Of a stretch of DNA of 64,000 nt, positions 7,862 through 16,141 are shown in pieces; positions within the stretch are counted from its first letter, which is position 1, and the number at the start of each line of letters is the position of its first letter. The position numbers were made by a program, and so were the translations under genes. The stretch spans positions 32,241-96,240 of the forward strand of contig DIEU01000049.1 in the NCBI GenBank assembly GCA_002418775.1. Direction: 5' to 3'. Source of the stretch: Firmicutes bacterium UBA5766. Its GTDB lineage: Bacteria; Bacillota; Desulfotomaculia; Desulfotomaculales; Nap2-2B. The notes under the pieces were generated by a model that saw nothing but the letters and a program-made list of their open reading frames with translations, did no database searches and was not told where the DNA came from.

Positions 7862-10800
7862 TTACACCTTGAAAGTCTTTCGCAGGGCGAATTCCTCCTG
7901 CTTTCCCTTGTTCCACTGGTTTAAAGGCCGCAGGTAGCCGACGACGCGGGAGTAAATCTCACACTGGGCGCCGCATTCCGGGCACTTTTCCTGTTCCCCG
8001 GAAAGGTAACCGTGTGAGGGACAGACGCTGAAGACAGGTGTAAAGGTAAAATAGGGAATATGATAATTTTCACATATTTTACGGATTAATTTTTTAATAA
8101 CAACGGGGTCTTCGACACGTTCGCCGGCAAAGATGTGCAAAACGGTTCCTCCGGTATACTTCGACTGAATTTCATCCTGAAGATCAAGGGCTTCAAAGAC
8201 ATCGTCGGTATAATTGACCGGCAGCTGGGTCGAATTGGTGTAGAAAGGCTCGCCGCCGTTAATAAAGCTGTCCTCGTTTGCGCACATTAGCTGAGGGAAC
8301 TTATCCTTATCTTTTCTGGCCAGACGGTAACTGGTCCCCTCGGCGGGTGTCGCTTCCAGGTTATAGTTGTTTTGTGTCTCCTGCTGAAATTCAATAAGCT
8401 TGCTTCTCATAAAATCAAGCGCCAGGCAGGAGAATTTTTGCCCGGCAGGACTGGCGATGCTCTTCCCCAGCAGGTTAATGCAGGCTTCGTTCATGCCAAG
8501 CAGTCCTATAGTCGAGAAATGGTTTTTCCAGTATGATCCGAGGTGTTCTTTAATGTTTCTGAGGTAATACCTTGCATAGGGGTAGAGGTTGCCCTCGGTC
8601 AGCCTTTCCAGGACCTTTCTTTTTATCTCCAGCGCCTGCTTGGCCATGACCATAAGCGGTTCAAGCCTGACAAAAAAGTCATGCTCGTCATCGGACAGAT
8701 AAGCCAGCCTGGGCATGTTCAGTGTTACAACCCCGATGGAACCGGTAAGCGGGTTGGAACCAAAAAGCCCGCCGCCTTTTTTCTCCAGAGACCTGTTGTC
8801 TATGCGCAGGCGGCAGCACATGCTTCTTGCGTCTTCCGGGTTCATATCGGAATTTATAAAATTAGAAAAGTAGGGAACACCATACTTGGCTGTAACTTCC
8901 CAGAGAATGTTTAGGTCGGAGTTTTCCCAGTTAAAGTCCTTGCTGATATTATAGGTAGGGATCGGGAAAGTGAATACTCTTCCCCTGGCGTCTCCCTCCA
9001 GCATTACCTCCAGGAAGGCCTTGTTGAACATGTCCATTTCCTTTTGAAATTCTTTATAGGTGTCATTTTGCATTTTACCGCCGATGATCACCGGCTGGTT
9101 TAAGAAATACTCGGGCACGGTGAGATCAAGGGTTACATTGGTGAAAGGCGTATTTCCGGTTATAAAAACCTTACCGTTCCTTCTGGCAATCACGGTCTCA
9201 TTCACTGTGCTGGGGCACCAGATCACCCCGGAGTAATCAATCTTTTTTATAGTTTGGATATAGGTATCCTGATGGTCAATTAGCCTCAGGATATACAGCG
9301 TCCTCTTCCCGATGGTCGGATTCCGCGTTCCTACGGTGAAGCCGTACCCGGCATCGACGGTTAACTGCTGTAACCCATTCAGTATTTCTATATTAGTAGT
9401 AGTGATCTTTGAACCTTCATGGCCGTCTGCCTTCAGGTATGTATCCAGAAACAGCCTAGCCTGCCTGCGGCTCATGTTTTTAAGAATGTCCGGGATGAAC
9501 TTTACAGTTTGCCGTGTCTTAAAAAGGCTGTCCAGAAGTTTCTGGGAGGATTCGGCGTTTAGCCGGATCATTTGAGATGACGTCCCCAGGGCTGGAACGG
9601 ATTCTCTGTTGCTGTAGGTGAGTTCCATCCGATCAAGTATGCCTGTAATTTCATTATAATTTTGGGGGCTTTTGGTTCTTGACTGGTAGATCGTGATCCG
9701 ATGAGAATGCCGGTGCCTGGTATAGCTTTCCTTCGACCCCTCGGCTATTATCCAGGCAAGCAGGCGGATTTCATCGTCGGAAATGTCTTTATCCGGGTTG
9801 GTATTTTTGCCAGTAATCGGGATAATCACCGGGGATTTATAAGTGACAACCTTTTCAATTTCTTCAAGGACAAAAGCTTCGTTTGTGTTGAATTTCCTCC
9901 TGACTACCCGGTGTCCCGGCGAAATTAGTTGATCTTGAATCCTGTTCTTGAGGTTATACATCTTACCGGTATACGGTTTTGAAAACATATTTTTAACCGG
10001 CTGGTCTTCAATGGAGCCGGTTTGTATATTGAATGTCTTAATCAGTTGTCCGGCCTTGATGTCCTCGTATCCCGCCCATCCGTCAGGGGTAAGAATTTCG
10101 GTGTCCTCGGAAAGGCATTGAAATCCCACCCTGGTGGGCACGTTTATATTGAAGATAAATTCTTGCAGCGCCTGTTTGACCTCAGTATAGCTCAAGCCGT
10201 CATACCTGATGAAAGGGCTTAAAAGTGTGTCCAGGTTTGAGAACGCCTGCGCGCCGGCGGCTTCCCCCTGGAGGGTATAGAAAAAGTTGACAATTTGGCC
10301 AAGAGCGCTCCGGAAATGTTTGGCAGGTTTGCTCTCCACTTTGCCGGGAACTCCCTTGAAGCCTTCGACCAGCAGGTCGAAAAGATCCCAACCTACGCAG
10401 TAAACGCTGAGTATGTTTAAATCATGAATGTGAAAGTCTCCGCTTATGTGGGCGTCCCTTATTTCCGCGGGGTAAATTTTATTAAGCCAGTATATCTGGC
10501 TGATTTCTGACGAGATGTAGTTGTTTAAGCCCTGCAACGAAAAGGCCATGTTGGAGTTTTCATTTACCTGCCAGTCCAGTTTTTGAAGGTATTGGTCGAC
10601 CAGATCCACATTGGATTTGCCGACAATATCCCTTATCCTGGCATGCTGCTCGCGGTAGATTATATACGCTTTGGCCGTTTTCCGGTAAGGCGAGGAGAGC
10701 AGGACCTCTTCCACTATATCCTGAATCTCTTCAACGGTTGGCGTCTTTCTGGGGATAAGCTGTTCGGCGAGACTGAGAACCTTTAAAGTTATCATTCTGG

Positions 10801-10921
10801 CTATTTTTTCATCAAATTCTTCTGTCGCTTTACCGGCCTTGGCGATCGCGTTGGTGATTTTTTGGGCGTCAAATTTGACAATCCGGTTATCTCTTTTTCT
10901 TATTCTCTTAAACATCTGCAT
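7862..10921 (-). CDS. nrdD: anaerobic (class III) ribonucleoside-triphosphate reductase with N-terminal ATP-cone, interrupted by an in-frame intein
   Basis: ATP-cone 'IRKRDNRIVKFDAQKI'. C-terminal Zn/Cys site 'CPSHG...CPECG' and glycyl-radical motif 'SRVVGYLRP'. 1019 aa in total, 697 aa without the 322-aa insert. Confidence 0.95.
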   Translation of the reverse strand: MQMFKRIRKRDNRIVKFDAQKITNAIAKAGKATEEFDEKIARMITLKVLSLAEQLIPRKTPTVEEIQDIVEEVLLSSPYRKTAKAYIIYREQHARIRDIVGKSNVDLVDQYLQKLDWQVNENSNMAFSLQGLNNYISSEISQIYWLNKIYPAEIRDAHISGDFHIHDLNILSVYCVGWDLFDLLVEGFKGVPGKVESKPAKHFRSALGQIVNFFYTLQGEAAGAQAFSNLDTLLSPFIRYDGLSYTEVKQALQEFIFNINVPTRVGFQCLSEDTEILTPDGWAGYEDIKAGQLIKTFNIQTGSIEDQPVKNMFSKPYTGKMYNLKNRIQDQLISPGHRVVRRKFNTNEAFVLEEIEKVVTYKSPVIIPITGKNTNPDKDISDDEIRLLAWIIAEGSKESYTRHRHSHRITIYQSRTKSPQNYNEITGILDRMELTYSNRESVPALGTSSQMIRLNAESSQKLLDSLFKTRQTVKFIPDILKNMSRRQARLFLDTYLKADGHEGSKITTTNIEILNGLQQLTVDAGYGFTVGTRNPTIGKRTLYILRLIDHQDTYIQTIKKIDYSGVIWCPSTVNETVIARRNGKVFITGNTPFTNVTLDLTVPEYFLNQPVIIGGKMQNDTYKEFQKEMDMFNKAFLEVMLEGDARGRVFTFPIPTYNISKDFNWENSDLNILWEVTAKYGVPYFSNFINSDMNPEDARSMCCRLRIDNRSLEKKGGGLFGSNPLTGSIGVVTLNMPRLAYLSDDEHDFFVRLEPLMVMAKQALEIKRKVLERLTEGNLYPYARYYLRNIKEHLGSYWKNHFSTIGLLGMNEACINLLGKSIASPAGQKFSCLALDFMRSKLIEFQQETQNNYNLEATPAEGTSYRLARKDKDKFPQLMCANEDSFINGGEPFYTNSTQLPVNYTDDVFEALDLQDEIQSKYTGGTVLHIFAGERVEDPVVIKKLIRKICENYHIPYFTFTPVFSVCPSHGYLSGEQEKCPECGAQCEIYSRVVGYLRPLNQWNKGKQEEFALRKTFKV
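9152..10117 (-). mobile_element. intein with LAGLIDADG homing-endonuclease domain (aa 269-590 of NrdD)
   Basis: It starts 'CLSEDTEILT' (Cys1, codon 10117-10115) and has block B 'SPGH'. The dodecapeptide motifs are 'LLAWIIAEGS' and 'FLDTYLKADGH'. It ends 'VFITGN' (Asn codon 9154-9152), followed by Thr+1. The exteins join as 'RVGFQ|TPFTNVTLDL'. Confidence 0.85.
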
Positions 10922-10937
10922 CCGTCCTTTGTATTTG

Positions 10938-10984
10938 TCAAAACACAGGGGTCAAAACACAGGGGAAGAACCGTCCCCCTGTGT
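10938..10984 (-). promoter_or_regulatory. nrdD leader / intercistronic stem-loop with a tandem 14-nt repeat
   Basis: The minus-strand RNA reads ACACAGGGG-N10-CCCCUGUGU, followed by UUUGA and a second CCCCUGUGUUUUGA copy. The plus-strand tandem repeat 'tcaaaacacagggg' occurs twice, at 10938-10965. Confidence 0.4.
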
Positions 10985-11019
10985 CTACACGTTACTATTA
11001 TTTTAAAAACATAACTTCT

Positions 11020-11553
11020 TTAAAAGTTGATTTTTACCTCGTGCATGCCTTCTGCTAGATATTTTTTCGCCAGGTCAACATAGAGCTGTTTTCCCCATGT
11101 CCAGTGCTCAATATCCTTTTCCGCCAATTTCCGGGCTACCTTGGCTGGATTTCCGGCTACCACAACCTCGTCGGGGATTGCCTGCTCCATCTTGACTATC
11201 GCCCCCTCGGCAACGATAGTCCACCTGCCGATTTTAGACCTGATGCTTGTAATCGCGCCCATCCCAATTACGGCGTAGTCGTCCACCGACTGAGAATGGA
11301 TCACCGCGCCGTGGCCTAAAGTTACATGTTTACCGATCTTGCACGCCTGCTTCGGGGGAGCGTGGATAATTACTCCTTCCTCAACCGCCGTTCCAGAGCC
11401 TATTTCAATGCTTCCGTAATCTCCCCGGATAATTACCCCGTGGCCTATGTAGCAGTTATCCCCGATCTTCACATTGCCGATTACCAGGGCATGCTCGCTT
11501 ACATATGTATCCTTGCCTATTTCAGGCTGCCTGCCGTCAAAACTGTAGAACAT
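11020..11553 (-). CDS. gamma-class carbonic anhydrase-like / hexapeptide-repeat (LbH) protein
   Basis: 'FDGRQPEIGKDTYVSEHALVIGNVKIGDNCYIGHGVIIRGD' is typical of the YrdA/PaaY/CaiE family. I moved the start to ATG 11553, which follows 'AGGAGGGATTTG'. Confidence 0.85.
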   Translation of the reverse strand: MFYSFDGRQPEIGKDTYVSEHALVIGNVKIGDNCYIGHGVIIRGDYGSIEIGSGTAVEEGVIIHAPPKQACKIGKHVTLGHGAVIHSQSVDDYAVIGMGAITSIRSKIGRWTIVAEGAIVKMEQAIPDEVVVAGNPAKVARKLAEKDIEHWTWGKQLYVDLAKKYLAEGMHEVKINF

Positions 11554-11596
11554 CAAATCCCTCCTGATCAAGACTGTACCCAAACCATCCTTTTAA

Positions 11597-11625
11597 ACAA
11601 TAAAACAGGTTCTTTTTTATGTCAA
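11597..11625 (-). promoter_or_regulatory. candidate sigma-A promoter for the LbH gene
   Basis: On the minus strand: TTGACA (11625-11620), a 17-nt spacer, then TATTGT (11602-11597). Confidence 0.45.
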
Positions 11626-11896
11626 CAGGCAGTTGGGGACACAAGGGGACGTTTTTGTTGTGTCATTCATTCTCTCGGGGTAAGATGAACTGGGCAAGCG
11701 GGGACGGTTATTGTGTATTTAATCAATTTGAATTTCTGTGGTTGCTGTAGCACATCTGAATGTTACTTCTACCTGCACAGCCAACTATAAATATAATCAG
11801 GCTGGCGAATAACTTTTAAAGTATAAGTGTTTAATAGGGGGATATATAAGATTAAATAGCCAGAATTCTCTACGCAACGACAATACTTGTCAATAT

Positions 11897-11934
11897 TCGA
11901 TAAAGGAAAATGTGGCGTTTTATCGAATAAGAAC
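11897..11934 (+). promoter_or_regulatory. sigma-H-like promoter motif (TTCGATAAAGGAAAAT-N12-CGAATAAGAA) embedded in an 11-bp perfect inverted repeat
   Basis: AGGAAAA ... GAATAA fits the Bacillus sigma-H consensus RNAGGAWWW-N11-12-RNNGAATWW. The arms 'tattcgataaa' (11894-11904) and 'tttatcgaata' (11919-11929) are exact reverse complements. A twin motif sits at 31882-31919. Confidence 0.3.
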
Positions 11935-12024
11935 AAACAGCAGCGCTGGAACTCATAATTTGTTTATTTCGCCAGGTCGCATATTCCTGGCAAATAACGA
12001 TAGTTTTATTCTGTAGAAAGGACA

Positions 12025-12402
12025 GTGAAAGTGTTTTTGGATTTACCGGATAACAAGAAAAGAGAATCCACAAGAACAGCGGAAATTACTCTTAGATTAT
12101 CTGAATTCGAGTTTCCGCCCATGCAGGATGTGTTGCTAATCGGCAGGAAGGCTCCTATAGGGCCGGAGAGCGCCAGGAAAATGGCCGATGTATTATCACC
12201 TGACCAATATGAAATAATTTCTCTTGAACATCATTTTTTTGAAGCTGCCATAGTAAGGAAATCACTATTAACAATAATTCCCCAGGAAAAACTTCTGATG
12301 GTTGTTCTGGAGGAATGCGAAAAAATATCCCCTGAAAGCTTAGTATTGAAAATACATGTCAGTGTGGTTGTAAATGTAAAAAGAGTGGTGGAACTAGATT
12401 GA
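12025..12402 (+). CDS. hypothetical protein (125 aa), translationally coupled to the CBS-GGDEF gene
   Basis: GTG start. The stop overlaps the next start (TTGA, 12399-12402). I recognise no family motif. Confidence 0.4.
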   Translation: MKVFLDLPDNKKRESTRTAEITLRLSEFEFPPMQDVLLIGRKAPIGPESARKMADVLSPDQYEIISLEHHFFEAAIVRKSLLTIIPQEKLLMVVLEECEKISPESLVLKIHVSVVVNVKRVVELD

Positions 12403-13271
12403 ACAACATCAGTGAAATTATGGAGGATAGCCCTGTAACGATATCTCCTTATGTCAGCGTAAAATCGGCCAGCGAGGTTATGGAAAAGCACAGGTTCGGC
12501 GGATTACCTGTAATCAATGACGGTTTGATAGTCGGTATTTTGACCTCAAGGGACGTGAGAAGAAGCCATCCCAACAGGCTTGTTGCTGATGCAATGACAA
12601 AAAATGTTCTGACCATGCCACCGGAAACTTCGCTCTGGGAAGCCAGGGAATTTATCGAAAACAATTGTATTGAACATCTCATGGTAGCAAACGAATCAAA
12701 GCTTTTAGGCATAATAACAAAATCATTGCTTAATCTGGAATTTGGGAAACAAGTCGATACACTGACGGGGCTGTACCGTTCAGATTATTTGTACTACATG
12801 GCAGTTAAGCTGCTGCAAATAGGAACTGAAATAGCAGTTTTATTTATTGACCTGGATGATTTTGGGGCAATTGATAAAGAAATGGGTCATGTTACCGGGG
12901 ATGTAATCCTAAGACAGGTGGCGGAAGCATTTAAAAAAGTTGTCGATGACAGAAAAGATTATTTGTGCCGCTATGCAGGTGACGAGTTTGCTGTTGTAAC
13001 CTCACGTTGCTTGAAAGATGCACGAAAACTTGGAGTTATGCTGTTAGATTCGTTAGCCAAACAACAATGGCCGAACGGGATAAATCTAAATGCCTCAATA
13101 GGAATAGCAGGCGGGAGGAGAGGCCATCAGCGCCCAGCTAATGAACGGAATGCTGTGAGTAAGCTGATTAACCTGGCAAGCCTGGGTTCGGCTATGGCTA
13201 AGACAAATAACACAAGAATTTTTTTTGTAGGACAGATAGAAGTAGTAGAAGATGTGGGCTTAAGGAAGTAA
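12399..13271 (+). CDS. CBS-pair / GGDEF-domain protein (diguanylate cyclase-like, with variant AGDEF motif)
   Basis: Two CBS motifs ('GGLPVINDGLIVGILTSRDV', 'HLMVANESKLLGIITKSLL'). The GGDEF domain begins 'DTLTGLYRSDY' and its active-site region reads 'CRYAGDEFAVV'. Confidence 0.85.
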   Translation: MNNISEIMEDSPVTISPYVSVKSASEVMEKHRFGGLPVINDGLIVGILTSRDVRRSHPNRLVADAMTKNVLTMPPETSLWEAREFIENNCIEHLMVANESKLLGIITKSLLNLEFGKQVDTLTGLYRSDYLYYMAVKLLQIGTEIAVLFIDLDDFGAIDKEMGHVTGDVILRQVAEAFKKVVDDRKDYLCRYAGDEFAVVTSRCLKDARKLGVMLLDSLAKQQWPNGINLNASIGIAGGRRGHQRPANERNAVSKLINLASLGSAMAKTNNTRIFFVGQIEVVEDVGLRK

Positions 13272-13328
13272 GGGGACGAAAGCGTAGGGACATTCCTTTT
13301 GCTTTGTTATTTGGGCATTAAATTGAAA

Positions 13329-14027
13329 TTATTTTTTACCCGCCAATAAAATCCCGGCCAGAGCAAAGTCCAGCGGTGTGTCGATATCCACTGAACGTTC
13401 TCTGGGCATGATGCAGGCGTATGTCTGAGGACCGTAAAAAGAGTCGTTTTCAAGAAAGTAGTTCCATTGGATGAGATAGATAGCGCCGTTTAACTGGTAA
13501 AACACAGGAAGCTGCTGGCGGGATTGGTTGGCCTCGGGACGGATGAAATGTTCCAGGCAGTGGTCATCCGGGAGGGTGTTGACCAACCAGGGGTGATGGG
13601 GAGTCTCGCAGACGGAGACTACCGCTTTTGCCTGGCGTTCAATCATTAGCTTGCAGGAATTAACGATATCTTCAGGAGATCGAAGAGGGCTGGTTGGCTG
13701 AAGAATAGCCACCCAGTCAAATTTTTCACCCTGGTTTTCGCACCAGATCATTGCGTGCAACAGTACGTCGCTGCTTTTGGCGCTGTCTGTGGCCAGTTCG
13801 GCAGGTCTCAAAAAAGGCGCCACCGCCCCCGCTGAAAGAGAAACTGCCGCTATATCTTCGCCGTCGGTCGAAACTAGCAGTAAATCAAAAACGCCGCTGG
13901 CCAGAGCTGCTTCAATTGTATGGACGATCAGCGGTTTTCCGGCCAGGGGCTTGATGTTTTTTCCGGGGATCCCTTTTGATCCCGCGCGGGCGGGGATAAT
14001 TCCAAGGATCTTTTTGTTCTGATACAT
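13329..14027 (-). CDS. CMP-nonulosonic acid synthetase (acylneuraminate cytidylyltransferase family; NeuA/LegF-like)
   Basis: 'ILGIIPARAGSKGIPGKNIKPLAGKPLI' is the signature N-terminus. I moved the start to ATG 14027 (MYQNKK), because the longer ORF would overlap the upstream gene. Confidence 0.85.
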   Translation of the reverse strand: MYQNKKILGIIPARAGSKGIPGKNIKPLAGKPLIVHTIEAALASGVFDLLLVSTDGEDIAAVSLSAGAVAPFLRPAELATDSAKSSDVLLHAMIWCENQGEKFDWVAILQPTSPLRSPEDIVNSCKLMIERQAKAVVSVCETPHHPWLVNTLPDDHCLEHFIRPEANQSRQQLPVFYQLNGAIYLIQWNYFLENDSFYGPQTYACIMPRERSVDIDTPLDFALAGILLAGKK

Positions 14028-14034
14028 ATCTTGT

Positions 14035-15126
14035 TTACCCCGTAAGTTCAAAAGCCCGCAGAGTCTGGCGGTATTCTTCCCACTGTCCGATGTCGAACCA
14101 TTCACCGTGGTGGGGGAAAACTCCAACTTTCAGTCCCTTTTCCTTGGCCAAGTCAATCAAATCGGGCATCTGCAGCACTTTTCCTTTTGGAACGAGGCCC
14201 AGGACCTCCGGTTCCAGGACATAAACACCGCTGTTGACCAGGAAGTGGAAGTTCGGTTTCTCATTAATATTTTGAAGGCTGTCGTTGTCCACCTTTAAGA
14301 CGCCGTAAGGTATGGTGAATTTTCGCAATGCTCCGAGGATAGTCAGCGCATTTCCGTGCTCCCGGTGATATCTCAAGAGTTCGCCGTAATCTGTTTCTAC
14401 AATGATATCGCAGTTGGAGACAATAAAAGTCTCTTTAAAATCCCCGTTTAACAGCCCCAGGGCGCCTGCCGTACCCAGAGGCTCTTTTTCCTGGACAAAG
14501 CCTATCTTATATTTACGGCCGTTGTTTTCAGTGAAATAAAGCCGCACTATTTCCGCTTTATAGCCCAGGCTGATTGTGAAATCAGAGAAGCCCTGGCCGT
14601 GGAATTTTTCCATGATTACTTCAACGATAGGCTTATCACCGAGAGGGATCATCGGTTTGGGCAGTATTTTTGTAAACGGATCCAGCCTGGCGCCCATCCC
14701 GCCGGCCATGATGATTACCTTTTCTGTCCTTTTTTCCTTGCGGTTTCCAAAGACGTCCCTGCAGAGAAGAAGGTCGACTACCCGCTGCTGGTTGTCAAGA
14801 AGCGGAATATGCCGGATGTCATGATCGAGCATAAGTTTGCGGACAACGCCCAGGTCGGTCCCGGTTTTTACGGTTTTAGGATTTTTGCCCATGATTTCGC
14901 TCAGGCTGGCATCCATGTTGACTCCCCGTAAAAGCGCCCTGCGGATATCCCCGTCGGTAATTATTCCTACCAGGCGCTGTTCACGGTCGGTAACCAGGAG
15001 CACCTGCATACCTGCCTTATCCATACGCGGCAGGGCTTCAGAAAGTTTTTCCTCCGGCAGGGCGGTAATCTTTTTTAAATCCTTTTTATGCCAGGCCACA
15101 TTTTCATCCTCCCTCGAAATCTTCAA
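14035..15126 (-). CDS. CBS-pair + sugar-phosphate nucleotidyltransferase (PtmE-like)
   Basis: N-terminal CBS pair ('LLVTDREQRLVGIITDGDIRR'), then a nucleotidyltransferase fold 'VIIMAGGMGARLDPFTKILPKPMIPLG'. This architecture matches the Campylobacter legionaminic-acid enzyme PtmE, from memory. Confidence 0.7.
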   Translation of the reverse strand: MKISREDENVAWHKKDLKKITALPEEKLSEALPRMDKAGMQVLLVTDREQRLVGIITDGDIRRALLRGVNMDASLSEIMGKNPKTVKTGTDLGVVRKLMLDHDIRHIPLLDNQQRVVDLLLCRDVFGNRKEKRTEKVIIMAGGMGARLDPFTKILPKPMIPLGDKPIVEVIMEKFHGQGFSDFTISLGYKAEIVRLYFTENNGRKYKIGFVQEKEPLGTAGALGLLNGDFKETFIVSNCDIIVETDYGELLRYHREHGNALTILGALRKFTIPYGVLKVDNDSLQNINEKPNFHFLVNSGVYVLEPEVLGLVPKGKVLQMPDLIDLAKEKGLKVGVFPHHGEWFDIGQWEEYRQTLRAFELTG

Positions 15127-16141
15127 GCATTTCCCGGGTCAGCGCTGTTTCCGCCGGTATATCGACAACCGCTTTGCATCCGATTATAGAATCCCAGAGC
15201 ATTGGCGATATTCCTGTTCCCGGCCTCTTTACAGTCAGACAGTCTTCAGTAATTCTTGCGCCTGCCGGAATATTTCTGCTGGAAACGATACTGCGTCTGG
15301 CTGCTGCAGCGATTTTTATTTCATCGGGTACCGGGGCTTTGAAACCGTCTCCGAGGCTTTTTTCCGCCAGGCGGATAAATCCCACCATACTATTTAATTC
15401 GTCCGGTTCTAGGGAACATTTATGGTCAGGACCCTCCATTTTACGGTTTAATGTAAAATGTTTTTCAATTACTTCGGCTCCCATAGCCACCGCAGCGATG
15501 GGGACGGCGTATCCAATGGTGTGATCCGAATAACCTACGGGCGGGCCGAATGCTTGTTTGAGAGTGAGCATTGCTTTTAAATTTACTTCTTCGGGAGGCG
15601 TTGGGTAATTCGACGTGCAGTGAAGCAAAGTAATTTCCCCGGCGCCCGAACTTTCAAGTATTTGGATAGCTTTTTTAACTTCCTCCAAAGTTGACATTCC
15701 CGTAGACATGATTACTTTCTTTCTTTTTTCGCCTATCCGCCTCAGCAGGGGCAGATTGGTTATTTCTCCGGAGGGAATTTTGAAGCAGTCCAGGTTTAAC
15801 TCGTCCAGAAAATCAACGCTTTCCAGGTCAAAAGGGGAGGAAAGAAAAGTAATTCGGCGCCGGTCGCTGTACTCTTTCAGCTTTCTGAAATCATCAAAGC
15901 CGAGTTCGAGCTTTTTAAGCATTTCCAACTGGCTTTCAACTCTATGCGGCATGTTCTTTTGCTGGTATTGAGCCCTTTCGGCGAAAGAGGTGACTAATTT
16001 TTCTGCTTTAAAGGTTTGAAATTTAACCGCATCCGCTCCGCTTTTGCAGGCAAAATCAACCATCCGCATGGCCAGGTCCAGACTCCCGTTATGATTTACG
16101 CCTGCTTCGGCGATAATAAAAACACTGCTTCTTCCTGTCAT
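15104..16141 (-). CDS. nonulosonic acid synthase (NeuB/LegI family)
   Basis: 'VFIIAEAGVNHNGSLDLA...ADAVKFQTF' is the NeuB signature, with a C-terminal SAF-like tail. The start overlaps the upstream stop by 1 nt (TAATG). Confidence 0.9.
   Translation of the reverse strand: MTGRSSVFIIAEAGVNHNGSLDLAMRMVDFACKSGADAVKFQTFKAEKLVTSFAERAQYQQKNMPHRVESQLEMLKKLELGFDDFRKLKEYSDRRRITFLSSPFDLESVDFLDELNLDCFKIPSGEITNLPLLRRIGEKRKKVIMSTGMSTLEEVKKAIQILESSGAGEITLLHCTSNYPTPPEEVNLKAMLTLKQAFGPPVGYSDHTIGYAVPIAAVAMGAEVIEKHFTLNRKMEGPDHKCSLEPDELNSMVGFIRLAEKSLGDGFKAPVPDEIKIAAAARRSIVSSRNIPAGARITEDCLTVKRPGTGISPMLWDSIIGCKAVVDIPAETALTREMLEDFEGG

Noticed and set aside
10922-11019. NrdR boxes or a cobalamin riboswitch upstream of nrdD
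   Set aside because: No 16-bp AT-centred palindrome of the acaCwAtATaTwGtgt type is present, and the ~100-nt spacer is too short for a B12 element. Only the GC-rich hairpin and tandem repeat are present.
11634-11720. A recurrent 'GGGGACG(G)TT...TTGTGT' string (11650, 11698, and the reverse complement at 10966) as a dispersed repeat family
   Set aside because: There are only three short, imperfect occurrences with inconsistent spacing and orientation. I cannot distinguish this from chance without a genome-wide count.
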